The notes: generated by a model not told the origin, from the letters alone. Shown: positions 1 to 10,146, counted from the stretch's first letter. The stretch is 47,452 nt of DNA from an uncultured Clostridia bacterium (GCA_904501795.1 CAJGCK010000001.1:1-47452); one strand, 5' to 3'. Numbers and translations: made by a program.

Positions 1-1
1 G

Positions 2-250
2 GTGCTTTTGACGGCGATTCTTACAGGTCTTGGCGTTTTTGATGATCTTGCAAAGGTGGGAGGCGCGGGCACGCTTGTGCCTATAACGGGATTTGCAAAT
101 TCCGTTGTATCTCCGGCGATGGAGTTTAAAACCGAAGGATATATCTACGGTTTAGCGTCTAAAATGTTCTTAATTGCAGGCCCAATTATAGTTTTTGGCG
201 TGGCAAGTAGTGTTCTTGTTGGTTTAATTTATTATTTTTTTGTGTGGTAA
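2..250 (+). CDS. spoVAC: Stage V sporulation protein AC (SpoVAC), C-terminal part; the 5' end lies outside the window
   Basis: The frame is open from the window edge to TAA 248-250. It is a membrane protein whose GAGTLVPITGFANS segment is paralogous to GAGATVPISGFG in the ORF at 1254. It is followed by spoVAD and spoVAE in canonical order. Confidence 0.8.
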   Translation: MLLTAILTGLGVFDDLAKVGGAGTLVPITGFANSVVSPAMEFKTEGYIYGLASKMFLIAGPIIVFGVASSVLVGLIYYFFVW

Positions 251-253
251 AAA

Positions 254-1246
254 ATGGGTAGGACTATTTATTTTAAAAACAAACCTAGTATTTTGGCAAC
301 ATCATCAATTTCAGGACCCAAAGAGGGTGAAGGCTCACTAAAAAATTATATTGAAACAATTTTAAAAGACGACATGTTTGGTGAAAAAACTTTTGAAAAA
401 GCCGAAAGTAAATTTTTGTATCACGCAATAAAAAAGGTAATTAAAAATTCAAATTTAACCGAAAAAAACATAGATTGTATTATAGCAGGTGATCTTTTAA
501 ACCAAATTATATCATCAACGTTTGCGTCAAGAAATTTTTCCGTTGGTTTTTTAGGTGTTTATAATGCTTGCGCAACATTTACAGAGTCAATAATATTAGG
601 CTCAACTTTTGTTGACGGTGGGTATCTTAATAACGTTATATGTGGTACGTCAAGTCATTTTTCATCCGCCGAAAGACAGTACCGATATCCTTTAGAACTT
701 GGCTCGACTCGTTCTCAACTCGCTCAATGGACGGTTACGGGCGCAGGAACTTTAATTTTATCTAACGAAGACAAATCGGTTAAAACGGAGTGTGCGACAA
801 TAGGAAAAATCGTTGATTTCGGCGTAAAAGATCCGTTTGATATGGGTGCTGCTATGGCTCCGTCTGCATCGGACACTTTGGTTACACACTTTAAGGACAC
901 TGGAAGAAGGCCAAAAGATTACGACTTGATTGTAACGGGTGACTTAGGTGCTTTTGGATCTAGAATCTTTAAGGATTTAATGTGGGAAAAGGGCTATGAC
1001 GTTGAAAATCAGCACGTAGATTGCGGTGAATTAATATATAATATTAAAGAAGATGAATACCAAGGGGGAAGCGGTGCGGGGTGTTCTTCAGTTGTGTTTT
1101 GTTCATATCTATATAAAAAATTAAAAGATAAGTCTATAAAACGTTTGTTGTTAATGTCAACAGGCGCGTTATTATCATCTGTATCAAGTCAGCAAGGCGA
1201 ATCTATCCCAGGTATAACGCACGCAGTTAGTTTTATTAGCGAATAG
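254..1246 (+). CDS. spoVAD: Stage V sporulation protein AD (thiolase-fold SpoVAD)
   Basis: 330-aa soluble protein sandwiched between the two SpoVAC/SpoVAE membrane paralogues, as in the spoVA operon. Family recognition is from memory of SpoVAD sequences. Confidence 0.85.
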   Translation: MGRTIYFKNKPSILATSSISGPKEGEGSLKNYIETILKDDMFGEKTFEKAESKFLYHAIKKVIKNSNLTEKNIDCIIAGDLLNQIISSTFASRNFSVGFLGVYNACATFTESIILGSTFVDGGYLNNVICGTSSHFSSAERQYRYPLELGSTRSQLAQWTVTGAGTLILSNEDKSVKTECATIGKIVDFGVKDPFDMGAAMAPSASDTLVTHFKDTGRRPKDYDLIVTGDLGAFGSRIFKDLMWEKGYDVENQHVDCGELIYNIKEDEYQGGSGAGCSSVVFCSYLYKKLKDKSIKRLLLMSTGALLSSVSSQQGESIPGITHAVSFISE

Positions 1247-1253
1247 GTAAAGT

Positions 1254-1631
1254 ATGAGTGTTTTAGATATAATATTAACTTATTTAAAAGTTTTTGCAGT
1301 TGGTGGTGCAATTTGCACTATAGCGCAACTATTAATTAATTTTACAAAAATTACCTCGGGTAGAATTTTGGTTTATTTTTTACTCTCTGGTGTATTTTTA
1401 CAAGCGATAGGCGTTTACGAGTATATCGTTCAGTTTGCTGGCGCAGGCGCAACAGTTCCAATTTCAGGTTTTGGTTATTTACTTGCAAACGGAGCGATGA
1501 AGGGTGCAAAAGAAAGTTTATTTAAAGCAATTACGGGTGGAATTACGTCTGCTGGAATAGGGCTTACTAGCGCAATTGTGTTCGGCTATCTTTTTGCTTT
1601 AATATTTAAGTCAAGGTCTAAAAAGAATTAA
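1254..1631 (+). CDS. spoVAE: Stage V sporulation protein AE (SpoVAEB-type, SpoVAC paralogue)
   Basis: 125-aa polytopic membrane protein with the GAGATVPISGFG motif shared with the SpoVAC fragment. Operon position is after spoVAD. Confidence 0.8.
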   Translation: MSVLDIILTYLKVFAVGGAICTIAQLLINFTKITSGRILVYFLLSGVFLQAIGVYEYIVQFAGAGATVPISGFGYLLANGAMKGAKESLFKAITGGITSAGIGLTSAIVFGYLFALIFKSRSKKN

Positions 1632-1649
1632 AAATTAATAGACTGTAAT

Positions 1650-2312
1650 ATGATCGAATGCACTAATAAGAATATTTGGTACAAAAAAAGGCGTTTTAAG
1701 GTTAAACGCTTATTTGTTTTTATAATATTTTTAATCTTAATCGTTTCAATTTTTACTTATTATAAGTATATAGTAACGGAAAAAGTGCTGTCTTTTTGTT
1801 GCGAATATGCAAAAATTTGCGCAATTGAATGCGCTAATGATTCAGTTGTTTTATCCTTAAACGACAAGGTGAAATACGAAGAATTAATTACTATAGAAAG
1901 AAATAACTCAGGGGACGTATCATTAATACAAACAAATCCGATTAAAATCAACCAAATTAATCGAGAAATATCCCTTTCTTCAACCGCATTATTAAAAAAT
2001 AAATTATCAAAGGGTGTGCCAATACCACTCTTATACTATTTAGGTATAACAATTTTTTCGGGATATGGACCAACAACAAACTTTTCGGCAATATATCTAT
2101 CATCTACTAAGTGTGAATTTGTTTCTCAATTTAAAAGCGTGGGTATAAACCAAACTTTACATAGCATATACGTTTCAGTTATCTCTGAAATAAACTTACA
2201 AATGCCAACAGAAAAAAGAACGGAAAAAATTGTAAGCAACGTTTTATTAGTTGAAACTGTTATTGTGGGCAAAGTTCCTGATTTTTACTTAAACGGCGAT
2301 ATTTTTTCTTGA
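1650..2312 (+). CDS. yunB: Sporulation protein YunB-like
   Basis: 220 aa with a single N-terminal TM. The C-terminal segment GINQTLHSIYVSV...VIVGKVPDFYLN resembles the YunB family as I remember it. There is no SD upstream of ATG 1650. Confidence 0.55.
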   Translation: MIECTNKNIWYKKRRFKVKRLFVFIIFLILIVSIFTYYKYIVTEKVLSFCCEYAKICAIECANDSVVLSLNDKVKYEELITIERNNSGDVSLIQTNPIKINQINREISLSSTALLKNKLSKGVPIPLLYYLGITIFSGYGPTTNFSAIYLSSTKCEFVSQFKSVGINQTLHSIYVSVISEINLQMPTEKRTEKIVSNVLLVETVIVGKVPDFYLNGDIFS

Positions 2313-2331
2313 AAAGCATTAACCATATAAC

Positions 2332-2360
2332 TTGACATAGGCTTATAAATATTGTATAAT
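2332..2360 (+). promoter_or_regulatory. Sigma-A type promoter driving the pheST leader
   Basis: TTGACA 2332-2337, a 17-nt spacer, then TATAAT 2355-2360. Confidence 0.65.
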
Positions 2361-2361
2361 T

Positions 2362-2607
2362 AAAAAAAATGCCGTGAAAAAGAGGGTTTTGATTAATAAC
2401 TATTTTTAGAGACGGGGAATAGTTGCTGAAAGTTTCCTGATTTAGTTGTCAAAAACCGTTCGCTTTGGAGCAGTACGAAGAAAACTTTTTGTGAGTAGAC
2501 CGTGCCGGAAATTCCCGTTATAGAATTAATAAGGTTTGCGATTAAATTGCAAATAAATTTAGGTGGTACCGCGTTATAAACGCCCTAATTATTAGGGCGT
2601 TTTTTAT
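2362..2607 (+). promoter_or_regulatory. T-box leader (tRNA-sensing riboswitch, probably tRNA-Phe) upstream of pheS
   Basis: AGAGA 2408-2412 and AGTA 2472-2475. The conserved T-box sequence AGGTGGTACCGCG (2561-2573) lies immediately 5' of a terminator hairpin. A UUC triplet at 2434-2436 sits in the GAAAGUUUCC stretch that fits the specifier loop. It is located in front of pheS-pheT. Confidence 0.85.
2578..2607 (+). terminator. Intrinsic terminator of the T-box leader
   Basis: AAACGCCCTAAT / ATTAGGGCGTTT stem followed by a T-run. The 5' arm can alternatively pair with the T-box sequence to form the antiterminator. Confidence 0.8.
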
Positions 2608-2620
2608 TTTGGAGGAAATT

Positions 2621-3646
2621 ATGCAAGAACAATTTAACAACGTAAAACAAAGCGCAATTATCGACTTAGAAAACGTTTCGTCTATGCGTGAAATTAACGA
2701 TTTAAAGGTGAAATACGTTGGTAAAAGCGGTCTAGTTACTTCGCTTTTACGCACTATGAAAGATATTGCACCCGAAATGCGCTCTACTTTTGGTAAAATG
2801 GTTAACGACTTAAAAGAAGAAGTTTTGTCTCTTTTTGCGCAAAAAGAAACGTTACTTAAAGAAAAAGAACTAAAAGAACGTTTTGAAAGAGAGAAAATAG
2901 ACGTGACTTTACCCGGAAAAAGCCAAACAATAGGTAGTTTGCACCCATTAAATATTGTTAAAAACAAGATTTTAAACGCATTTTGCGGTATGGGTTTTGA
3001 AATATTTGAGGGGCCGGAAATAGACACGGATTATTATTGTTTCCAAGCACTAAATATTCCAAAAGATCACCCGGCAAGAGATATGCAAGACACCTTTTAT
3101 TTTACAGAAAATATTTTATTGCGTCCGCATACTTCTCCTGGACAAGTTAGGACAATGGAAAATAAAAAACCACCTATTAAAATCTTAAGCCCAGGTAAAG
3201 TTTATAGGGCGGATGACGACGCTTCTCACTCACCAATGTTTCACCAAATAGAAGGTTTGGTTGTAGATAAAGGCGTTTCACTTTGTGATTTGAAGGGTTT
3301 ACTTGATGAATTTGTTAAAATTATGTTTGACGACGATACTAAAACGCGTTTTCGCCCGTCGTTTTTCCCGTTTACCGAACCTAGTGTAGAAGTTGACGTT
3401 ACTTGTTGTAAATGCCACGGCAAAGGTTGTAGTTTATGTAAAGGGACGGGTTGGATAGAAATTCTTGGCGCAGGTATAGTTAATAAGAACGTTTTAGAGA
3501 TGAGCGGAATTGATTCTAACGAATATTCGGGACTAGCCTTTGGTTTAGGTGTTGAAAGAATTACCATGATTAAATATGGAATTTCGGATATTAGAACGTT
3601 ATTTGAAAACAACGTCAAATTCTTAAAACAGTTTAATAGGAGATAA
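2621..3646 (+). CDS. pheS: Phenylalanine--tRNA ligase alpha subunit
   Basis: Class II aaRS motifs and the CCKCHGKGCSLCKGTGW zinc knuckle typical of Firmicute PheS. I start it at ATG 2621 (GGAGG 2611-2615), not at the ORF-track TTG 2609, which lies in the terminator T-run. Confidence 0.95.
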   Translation: MQEQFNNVKQSAIIDLENVSSMREINDLKVKYVGKSGLVTSLLRTMKDIAPEMRSTFGKMVNDLKEEVLSLFAQKETLLKEKELKERFEREKIDVTLPGKSQTIGSLHPLNIVKNKILNAFCGMGFEIFEGPEIDTDYYCFQALNIPKDHPARDMQDTFYFTENILLRPHTSPGQVRTMENKKPPIKILSPGKVYRADDDASHSPMFHQIEGLVVDKGVSLCDLKGLLDEFVKIMFDDDTKTRFRPSFFPFTEPSVEVDVTCCKCHGKGCSLCKGTGWIEILGAGIVNKNVLEMSGIDSNEYSGLAFGLGVERITMIKYGISDIRTLFENNVKFLKQFNRR

Positions 3647-3649
3647 AAA

Positions 3650-6052
3650 ATGAAAGCACCACTTTCTTGGTTAAAAGATTTTTGTGATATAGATTGCTCG
3701 GCAAGTGAATTAGAAGCAAAATTATTCTCTTGTGGTTTTGAAGTAGAAGAAACCGTTTATTTTGCAAAGAATATTGAAAAAATAGTTACTTGTAAAATAT
3801 TAAGCATTGATAAGCACCCTAACGCTGATAAGTTATCCGTTACAATGGTTGACGCGGGTCAATATGGCAAAAGGCAAATTATTACCGCTGCAAAAAATAT
3901 TTTTCTTGGCGCGGTTGTTCCTGTTGCGTTAGACGGTGCAACTCTTTTTAACGGCGATAAGATTTATAATGGTGAACTTCGTGGTCTTCCTTCTTTCGGA
4001 ATGTTTTGTAGTGGGGAAGAATTAGGTATTAATGACGATTGGTACGAAGGCGCATCTGTTAACGGAATTTTAATTTTAGACCAAAACTTTCCACTTGGCG
4101 TTGAAGTTAAAGAATTGCTTGAATTAGAAGACGTTATATTTGACATAAACGTAACCGCAAATCGCCCTGATTGTCAGTCGATTTTAGGTTTGGCAAGAGA
4201 AGTGTCGGCAATACTTGGTAAACCGTTTAAGGCACCCGATTTATCATTTGATTTTTCTAAAAATGTATCTACAAAAGGCACCATCAAAGTAAATAATCAT
4301 GCAACCGATTTATGTTACAGATACATGTCAAAGCTTGTAAAAGACGTTAAAATTGAAAAGTCACCAACTTGGCTTAGAAGAAGATTGTTTTCAATGGGCG
4401 TTCGTTCAATAAATAATATAGTCGACATAACTAACTACGTATTACTTGAAATAGGTCAACCTATGCATGCTTTCGATCTAAACTTCTTAAAAGGTAACGA
4501 AATTAACGTAAGACGTGCTAATGAAAATGAAAAAATAGTTACTCTTGACGAAAAAGAGTTTACTTTAACAAACAAAAACTTGGTAATAGCCGATGCTGAA
4601 AGCCCCGTTGCTTTAGCCGGAGTTATGGGTGGACTTAATAGCGGAATAAATCAAGATACAAAAGATATTGTTTTCGAATCGGCAACGTTTGCTAGAGACA
4701 ATATTAGAAAAACGTCTCGTTCGCTTGGTCAACGTTCTGATTCTTCATCAAGGTATGAAAAGGGTATTGATCCGTATACTGCAAAAATCGGTTTGTATAG
4801 AGCGCTACATTTAATTTCTAAATTAAACGCCGGTAAAATTGCTTTTGATGAATACGATTTACTAGAAAAACCTATTGAAAACAAGATTATTAATACCAAA
4901 CTTTCTAAAGTAAATGAAGTTTTAGGGATTGATATACCGAAAGAAACGGTTGAAAATATATTAAATAGATTGTTTTTTAACGTAAAAATTAACGGGGATA
5001 ATATGGAAATTATTGTTCCGCCGTATAGAGAAGACGTTGAAAGTTACCCGGATATTGCTGAAGAAATAATAAGAGAATATGGATATGATCATATTACCCC
5101 AACTTTACTTAAAACTTCTAAGATAACCAACGGTGGCAAAAACAATGAACAGCAATTTAATGATAATCTTAAAGATTTATTAGTTGGCTTTGGTTTTAAT
5201 GAAATTATCACTTATTCTTTTGTTTCCGAAAAAGAATACCAATTATTTGGTATAGAAAAAAATGCTCCCGAGCATAAATTTATAAAAATACTTAATCCTT
5301 TAGGCGAAGACCTTTCAGTTATGAGAACAACGCTTATTCCATCGATTACAAGAATAGTAGGCGCTAACCTTAATAGAAAAAATAATGAGGGCAGGCTTTT
5401 TGAAATCGCAAAGGTCTATTATACTGAACAAGACCAACTAACAAAACTACCTGTTGAAAAAACAAATCTATCAATAGCATTATTTGGCGAAAATGAAGAT
5501 TTTTTCACTACAAAAGGTGTTGTTGAAGGTGTTTTATCAACCTTTGTTTTTGGGGCAAATATCGAGTATATTCCTTGCGATTTGAACTTCATGCATCCAA
5601 CCCGTTCGGCTTTTGTTAAAGTAGACGGCGAAATTTTAGGATATATAGGGCAATTATCACCGATTGTTTTAGAAAAACTTGGTATAGATAAGCCCATTTA
5701 CATTGGAGAGATTTACCTTGACATATTAAAAAATAAATTACGTGATAAAATAGTATACGCGCCTGTCTCTAAATTCCCAATCGTTGAGCGCGACCTTGCT
5801 ATTTTAGTTGATAAAGATTTACCTTGCGCTAAAATTGAAAACTGCATCAAACGCAACGCAGGGGGGAATTTAACAGAACTTAAATTGTTCGACGTTTATC
5901 AAGGCGAACAAGTTGATAAAAACAAAAAAAGTATGGCGTTTAATTTGATTTTCGTTTCAAACGAGCGTACTTTAAGCGTAGAAGAAATTGACCAAGCTGT
6001 AAACAACGTTCTTACGGCGCTTGAAAACGACTTAAACGCAAAACTGAGATAA
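3650..6052 (+). CDS. pheT: Phenylalanine--tRNA ligase beta subunit
   Basis: 800 aa with the N-terminal MKAPLSWLKDF and tRNA-binding domain typical of PheT. AGGAG RBS. It directly follows pheS. Confidence 0.95.
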   Translation: MKAPLSWLKDFCDIDCSASELEAKLFSCGFEVEETVYFAKNIEKIVTCKILSIDKHPNADKLSVTMVDAGQYGKRQIITAAKNIFLGAVVPVALDGATLFNGDKIYNGELRGLPSFGMFCSGEELGINDDWYEGASVNGILILDQNFPLGVEVKELLELEDVIFDINVTANRPDCQSILGLAREVSAILGKPFKAPDLSFDFSKNVSTKGTIKVNNHATDLCYRYMSKLVKDVKIEKSPTWLRRRLFSMGVRSINNIVDITNYVLLEIGQPMHAFDLNFLKGNEINVRRANENEKIVTLDEKEFTLTNKNLVIADAESPVALAGVMGGLNSGINQDTKDIVFESATFARDNIRKTSRSLGQRSDSSSRYEKGIDPYTAKIGLYRALHLISKLNAGKIAFDEYDLLEKPIENKIINTKLSKVNEVLGIDIPKETVENILNRLFFNVKINGDNMEIIVPPYREDVESYPDIAEEIIREYGYDHITPTLLKTSKITNGGKNNEQQFNDNLKDLLVGFGFNEIITYSFVSEKEYQLFGIEKNAPEHKFIKILNPLGEDLSVMRTTLIPSITRIVGANLNRKNNEGRLFEIAKVYYTEQDQLTKLPVEKTNLSIALFGENEDFFTTKGVVEGVLSTFVFGANIEYIPCDLNFMHPTRSAFVKVDGEILGYIGQLSPIVLEKLGIDKPIYIGEIYLDILKNKLRDKIVYAPVSKFPIVERDLAILVDKDLPCAKIENCIKRNAGGNLTELKLFDVYQGEQVDKNKKSMAFNLIFVSNERTLSVEEIDQAVNNVLTALENDLNAKLR

Positions 6053-6054
6053 TT

Positions 6055-8418
6055 ATGTTTTCGGCAAAAACTCTTAAAGCAATTGAATATGATAAAATTT
6101 TGTCGCAATTAAGTGATTGTGCAGTATTAAGCTCAACTAAAAATGAAATTTTATCGTTCAATCCCGTTTCGGATCTTTCTGAAGCGGAGTTTTTGCTTAG
6201 AAAAACAAAGGAAGCCTATTCGCTTTTGTATAAGTATAATTTAAATGGGGTTTATTATTGTGCAGACGTTTCTGAATACTTAAAAAGGGTAGACCTTGGC
6301 GGAACGCTAATAAACGGCGAACTAATTAGAGTTGCAGAGCATTTAAAAAGCGCAAGAATTATTAAATCGGCTATAGAATCGGTTAACGACGAAAATATCG
6401 TTATAACCCGAGATATTGCAAAAAATATTTTCACTAACATAGAATTTGAAAAAGAAATTTCATCAAAAATTATTTCAGAAGACGAAGTTAGTGATAACGC
6501 TTCGCCAAAACTATATTCGATTAGAAAATCCATTAGGAATATAAATACTAAAATTAGAGAGCAATTAAATTCGTATATACGTGGCAACACTTCTAAATAT
6601 TTACAAGACGGAGTTGTTACTATGCGAAGAGATCGCTACGTAATACCCGTTAAAAGCGAATATCGTAGTTTTATTAAAGGTTTTATTCACGACCAGTCTT
6701 CGTCCGGCGCAACTGTGTTTATCGAGCCTGAACACGTTATGGAATTAAATAACCAACTAAAAAGCGCTATGTTCGACGAAGCAAACGAAATTAGAAGAAT
6801 TTTAGCTGAATTATCTTCTAAAATTTCATTTATGTCGGACGGTATTAGAAATAACGACGTAATTTTAACTCAGCTTGACAACTGTTTTGCAAGAGCAATA
6901 TATTCGTTTAATAATAAATGCACCGAGCCTATATTAAATGATAAAGGCGTTATAAAAGTATATAACGGTCGCCATCCGCTAATCAACAAAAATAAAGTAG
7001 TCCCAATTAATCTTGCGATAGGTGAAAAATATAACTTTTTGCTTATTACGGGGCCTAATACGGGCGGTAAAACAGTTACGTTAAAACTCACGGGGCTTTT
7101 TTCACTCATGGCGATGAGCGGTTTGTTTTTGCCCGCTGAAAGTGGAACGGTTGTGTCGGTTTTTAATGGTGTTTTTGCCGACATAGGTGATGAGCAAAGC
7201 ATAGAAAACGATTTATCAACTTTTTCTTCGCATATAAAAAATTTAATAAATATATTAGACAATGCAAATGAAAAATCTTTGGTGTTGCTTGATGAAATTG
7301 GTGCGGGGACCGATCCTGAAGAAGGTAGCGCCATAGCGCTTTCTATTATTGAAAAATTACTTGAAAAAAATTGTTTTGGAATAATTACCACTCATTATTC
7401 AAAGCTAAAAGAATACGCTTTAGGAAACGGCAAGATTGAAAATGCGAGTATGGAATTTGACTCCAAGACACTTAAACCGCTTTATAAAATTAATATAGGA
7501 ATACCAGGTAGTTCAAACGCAATTGAAATTGCCTCTACTTTAGGACTAGACAAAGAAGTTATTGAAAATGCACTATCGCATTTATCAAGCGATAAAATTT
7601 CATTTGAAAAAGTTCTAAAAAAAGCGGAAGAAAGTAGGATTGAAAACGAAAAACTTCGTTTGGAATTGCAAAAAATTATAGATCAAAAAGAAAACGAACT
7701 ATCACTGATTTCAATTGAGAAAGATAAAATTATTAAAGAAAGAGAAAGAATTTATAACACTGCAAAACAAGAAACTAAGCGAATTGTCGCCGATAAACTT
7801 TCCGAAGCAGAAGAGATTATAGCTGAACTTAAAAACATACTAAAAATTGCGGGTCTTGAATGTAGGGAAGTAATTAAAGCTTCTGAACTAAGAAATCGTT
7901 TGGCAAATAGCAAATATCTTTCAGCCGATATTGACCAAGCACCTATTGAATTAAAGCCGGTTAACGTTCAATCGCTTAAAAAAGGGAACAAAGTTTTTGT
8001 AAAATCACTTAATTCATACGCAATAATAAACCAAATTAAGCAAAATAAACGCGAAGTTGAAGTTTTAATTGGCAATGCGAAATCCGTTGTGTTAATTAAA
8101 GATTTATTCAACAACCAAGAAGTCAAAAAAGAAAACGTTAAAATTAACGTTTCTAAACGCACGTTATCTAACGCTGTAATTAGAGAAATTAATATTTTAG
8201 GTAAAACATCTTTAGAAGCTATCACTGAGATTGAAAAATTTATTGACCATGCAGTCGTGAATGGCGTTGAAGAAGTGAAAATTATCCACGGTATAGGTGA
8301 AGGTGTATTACTAAAAACCGTTAGAGAATTTTTAAGGAAAAATAAAAACGTTTTAGAATATAGACGTGGGGTATACGGCGAAGGTGAAAACGGCGTTACC
8401 ATTGTAAAATTAAAATAA
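6055..8418 (+). CDS. mutS2: Endonuclease MutS2 (MutS-like ATPase with C-terminal Smr domain)
   Basis: 787 aa with Walker A GPNTGGKT, DEIGAGTDP, a coiled-coil middle and a C-terminal Smr-like IIHGIGEGVL. Confidence 0.9.
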   Translation: MFSAKTLKAIEYDKILSQLSDCAVLSSTKNEILSFNPVSDLSEAEFLLRKTKEAYSLLYKYNLNGVYYCADVSEYLKRVDLGGTLINGELIRVAEHLKSARIIKSAIESVNDENIVITRDIAKNIFTNIEFEKEISSKIISEDEVSDNASPKLYSIRKSIRNINTKIREQLNSYIRGNTSKYLQDGVVTMRRDRYVIPVKSEYRSFIKGFIHDQSSSGATVFIEPEHVMELNNQLKSAMFDEANEIRRILAELSSKISFMSDGIRNNDVILTQLDNCFARAIYSFNNKCTEPILNDKGVIKVYNGRHPLINKNKVVPINLAIGEKYNFLLITGPNTGGKTVTLKLTGLFSLMAMSGLFLPAESGTVVSVFNGVFADIGDEQSIENDLSTFSSHIKNLINILDNANEKSLVLLDEIGAGTDPEEGSAIALSIIEKLLEKNCFGIITTHYSKLKEYALGNGKIENASMEFDSKTLKPLYKINIGIPGSSNAIEIASTLGLDKEVIENALSHLSSDKISFEKVLKKAEESRIENEKLRLELQKIIDQKENELSLISIEKDKIIKERERIYNTAKQETKRIVADKLSEAEEIIAELKNILKIAGLECREVIKASELRNRLANSKYLSADIDQAPIELKPVNVQSLKKGNKVFVKSLNSYAIINQIKQNKREVEVLIGNAKSVVLIKDLFNNQEVKKENVKINVSKRTLSNAVIREINILGKTSLEAITEIEKFIDHAVVNGVEEVKIIHGIGEGVLLKTVREFLRKNKNVLEYRRGVYGEGENGVTIVKLK

Positions 8419-8433
8419 TTTTGGAGAAATAAA

Positions 8434-9021
8434 TTGAGAGAAATTTTTTATGAAGAAACTGCTGAAGTAATAGAAAAAAGCAAAAATAGAAAAAAATACA
8501 ATTTATGTACTTTTTTTACATATTTTTCGTGTTTTTTAATTATTTTACTTTTGTTTGTTTATATTTTTACACTAGATTTATCGCTAGTATTTAACGGTTT
8601 AGTGTTATTAAACGTTATATTAGCCTTTTTGCCAATAATTTCACTTATAGCTACAGCGATTTTTTTATCTAGGTTTAGAAATAGATTTAACGTTGATTAT
8701 GATTACATTTTTGTTACTGGGTCAATTACGGTTTCAAAAGTAATTAATAATATTAAAAGATATGTAGTTATTAAATTTGAATGCAAACAAATTGAAAAAT
8801 TAGGTAAATTGGGTAGCAAAACTTTTGAAAAGTATGCAAATTTACCAGATTTAAAACCTAAAATTCTTTCGCAAAACGTTACCGCACAAGATGGAAAAGG
8901 GTTCTATTACATGGTAGTTAACAACAAAGATGGAAAACATTTATTAGTTTTTGAGTGTAGCCAAACCTTTATTTCTAACGTAATTAGATTTTGTAATTCT
9001 ACGATTTTAGAAAAGGAATAA
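8434..9021 (+). CDS. Hypothetical 2-TM membrane protein
   Basis: 195 aa. TTG start 8434 with GGAGA 8423-8427. Two hydrophobic helices (about aa 25-80) are followed by a soluble, Lys-rich C-terminal domain. I recognise no family. Confidence 0.5.
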   Translation: MREIFYEETAEVIEKSKNRKKYNLCTFFTYFSCFLIILLLFVYIFTLDLSLVFNGLVLLNVILAFLPIISLIATAIFLSRFRNRFNVDYDYIFVTGSITVSKVINNIKRYVVIKFECKQIEKLGKLGSKTFEKYANLPDLKPKILSQNVTAQDGKGFYYMVVNNKDGKHLLVFECSQTFISNVIRFCNSTILEKE

Positions 9022-9022
9022 A

Positions 9023-10144
9023 ATGATATATTTAGATAATTCTGCAACTACAAAGCCTTCGATTAGCGCAATAAATAAGGCAAGTATTTTTAATACAAAG
9101 CATTATTTCAACCCTTCAACCTTATATCATGAAGGGCTTAATTGTGCCAAGGAAATAAAAAACGCTAAAGAAGCCATATTAAATAGTTTAAAAACAACTT
9201 CACACGAAGTAATTTTTACCTCCTCGGGCACAGAAAGTGATAATATGGCAGTTTTTTGTGCTGTAAAACGGGGTGTTTTTGTCACGTCCCTTGGTGAGCA
9301 TTCCGCAATTTATAAGTCTTTTTTAGAACTTAAAAACCGAAAATTAGAAGTTTATTTTATAGACCTAGAAAAAGACGGGAGTGTTAACACTGATAAACTA
9401 TATGAGTTAGCGCTTAATACTAAAATCGACTTTTTATCTTTAGTTCACGTCAACAACGAAACGGGCGCTAAAAACGATGTTACAAAAATTGCAAAAAGAA
9501 TAAAATCAATTAACCCGTCAACGATAATACACTGTGACGGTGTTCAAGCATACGGTAAAATTCCTTTCAGACTTCCGCAAGAGATTGACTTGTATTCTAT
9601 AAGCGCACACAAGATTAACGGGTTAAAGGGAACGGGTGCGTTAATAAAAAGAAAAGGTCTAAATATTTCCCCACTTATATTTGGTGGCGGGCAAGAAAAC
9701 GGACTAAGAAGCGGGACGGAAAATCTTTTTGGGATTAAAGTTTTTGAATATGCGTTAAATGAAAAATTTAATAATATTGAAAACACGTATACATTAGTTA
9801 AGGATACTAAAGAATACTTTATAAATAATTTAGATAAATCAATTTTTACTATTATATCGGGCGAAAATTCGTCACCGTACATACTTAGCGTTTCGGCTAA
9901 AGGTATTAGGGGTGAGGTTTTAATGCACGCTATAGAAAAAGAAGGGGTTATCGTTGGCAACGGCTCGGCATGTTCATCAAAAAATAGATATAGCCGTGTT
10001 ATTCAAGCGTGCGGATATGATAACGACGTTTTAGACGGAGTAATTAGAATAAGTTTTTGCACACCACTTACAAATGAAGAGCGTGAAAAAGCGGTAAACG
10101 TTATTAACGAACAAGCAAATAATTTAAAAGGAATTATGTTATAA
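9023..10144 (+). CDS. Cysteine desulfurase (class V aminotransferase, NifS/IscS-like, ThiI partner)
   Basis: 373 aa with the PLP-lysine motif SAHKINGLKG and a GSACSS active-site Cys loop. It sits immediately upstream of thiI, as in the B. subtilis nifZ-thiI pair. Confidence 0.85.
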   Translation: MIYLDNSATTKPSISAINKASIFNTKHYFNPSTLYHEGLNCAKEIKNAKEAILNSLKTTSHEVIFTSSGTESDNMAVFCAVKRGVFVTSLGEHSAIYKSFLELKNRKLEVYFIDLEKDGSVNTDKLYELALNTKIDFLSLVHVNNETGAKNDVTKIAKRIKSINPSTIIHCDGVQAYGKIPFRLPQEIDLYSISAHKINGLKGTGALIKRKGLNISPLIFGGGQENGLRSGTENLFGIKVFEYALNEKFNNIENTYTLVKDTKEYFINNLDKSIFTIISGENSSPYILSVSAKGIRGEVLMHAIEKEGVIVGNGSACSSKNRYSRVIQACGYDNDVLDGVIRISFCTPLTNEEREKAVNVINEQANNLKGIML

Positions 10145-10146
10145 CT

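Noticed and set aside
2542-3027. 161-aa ORF on the minus strand
   Set aside because: It is antisense to the well-supported pheS and overlaps the T-box leader. The composition is low-complexity and rich in S, F, I and L, there is no RBS, and it looks like a typical shadow ORF of an AT-rich gene.
6870-8402. 173-aa (6870-7391) and 144-aa (7968-8402) minus-strand ORFs
   Set aside because: Both lie entirely antisense within mutS2, have shadow-ORF composition and show no translation signals.
9544-9960. 138-aa minus-strand ORF
   Set aside because: It is antisense inside the cysteine desulfurase gene and is a shadow ORF.
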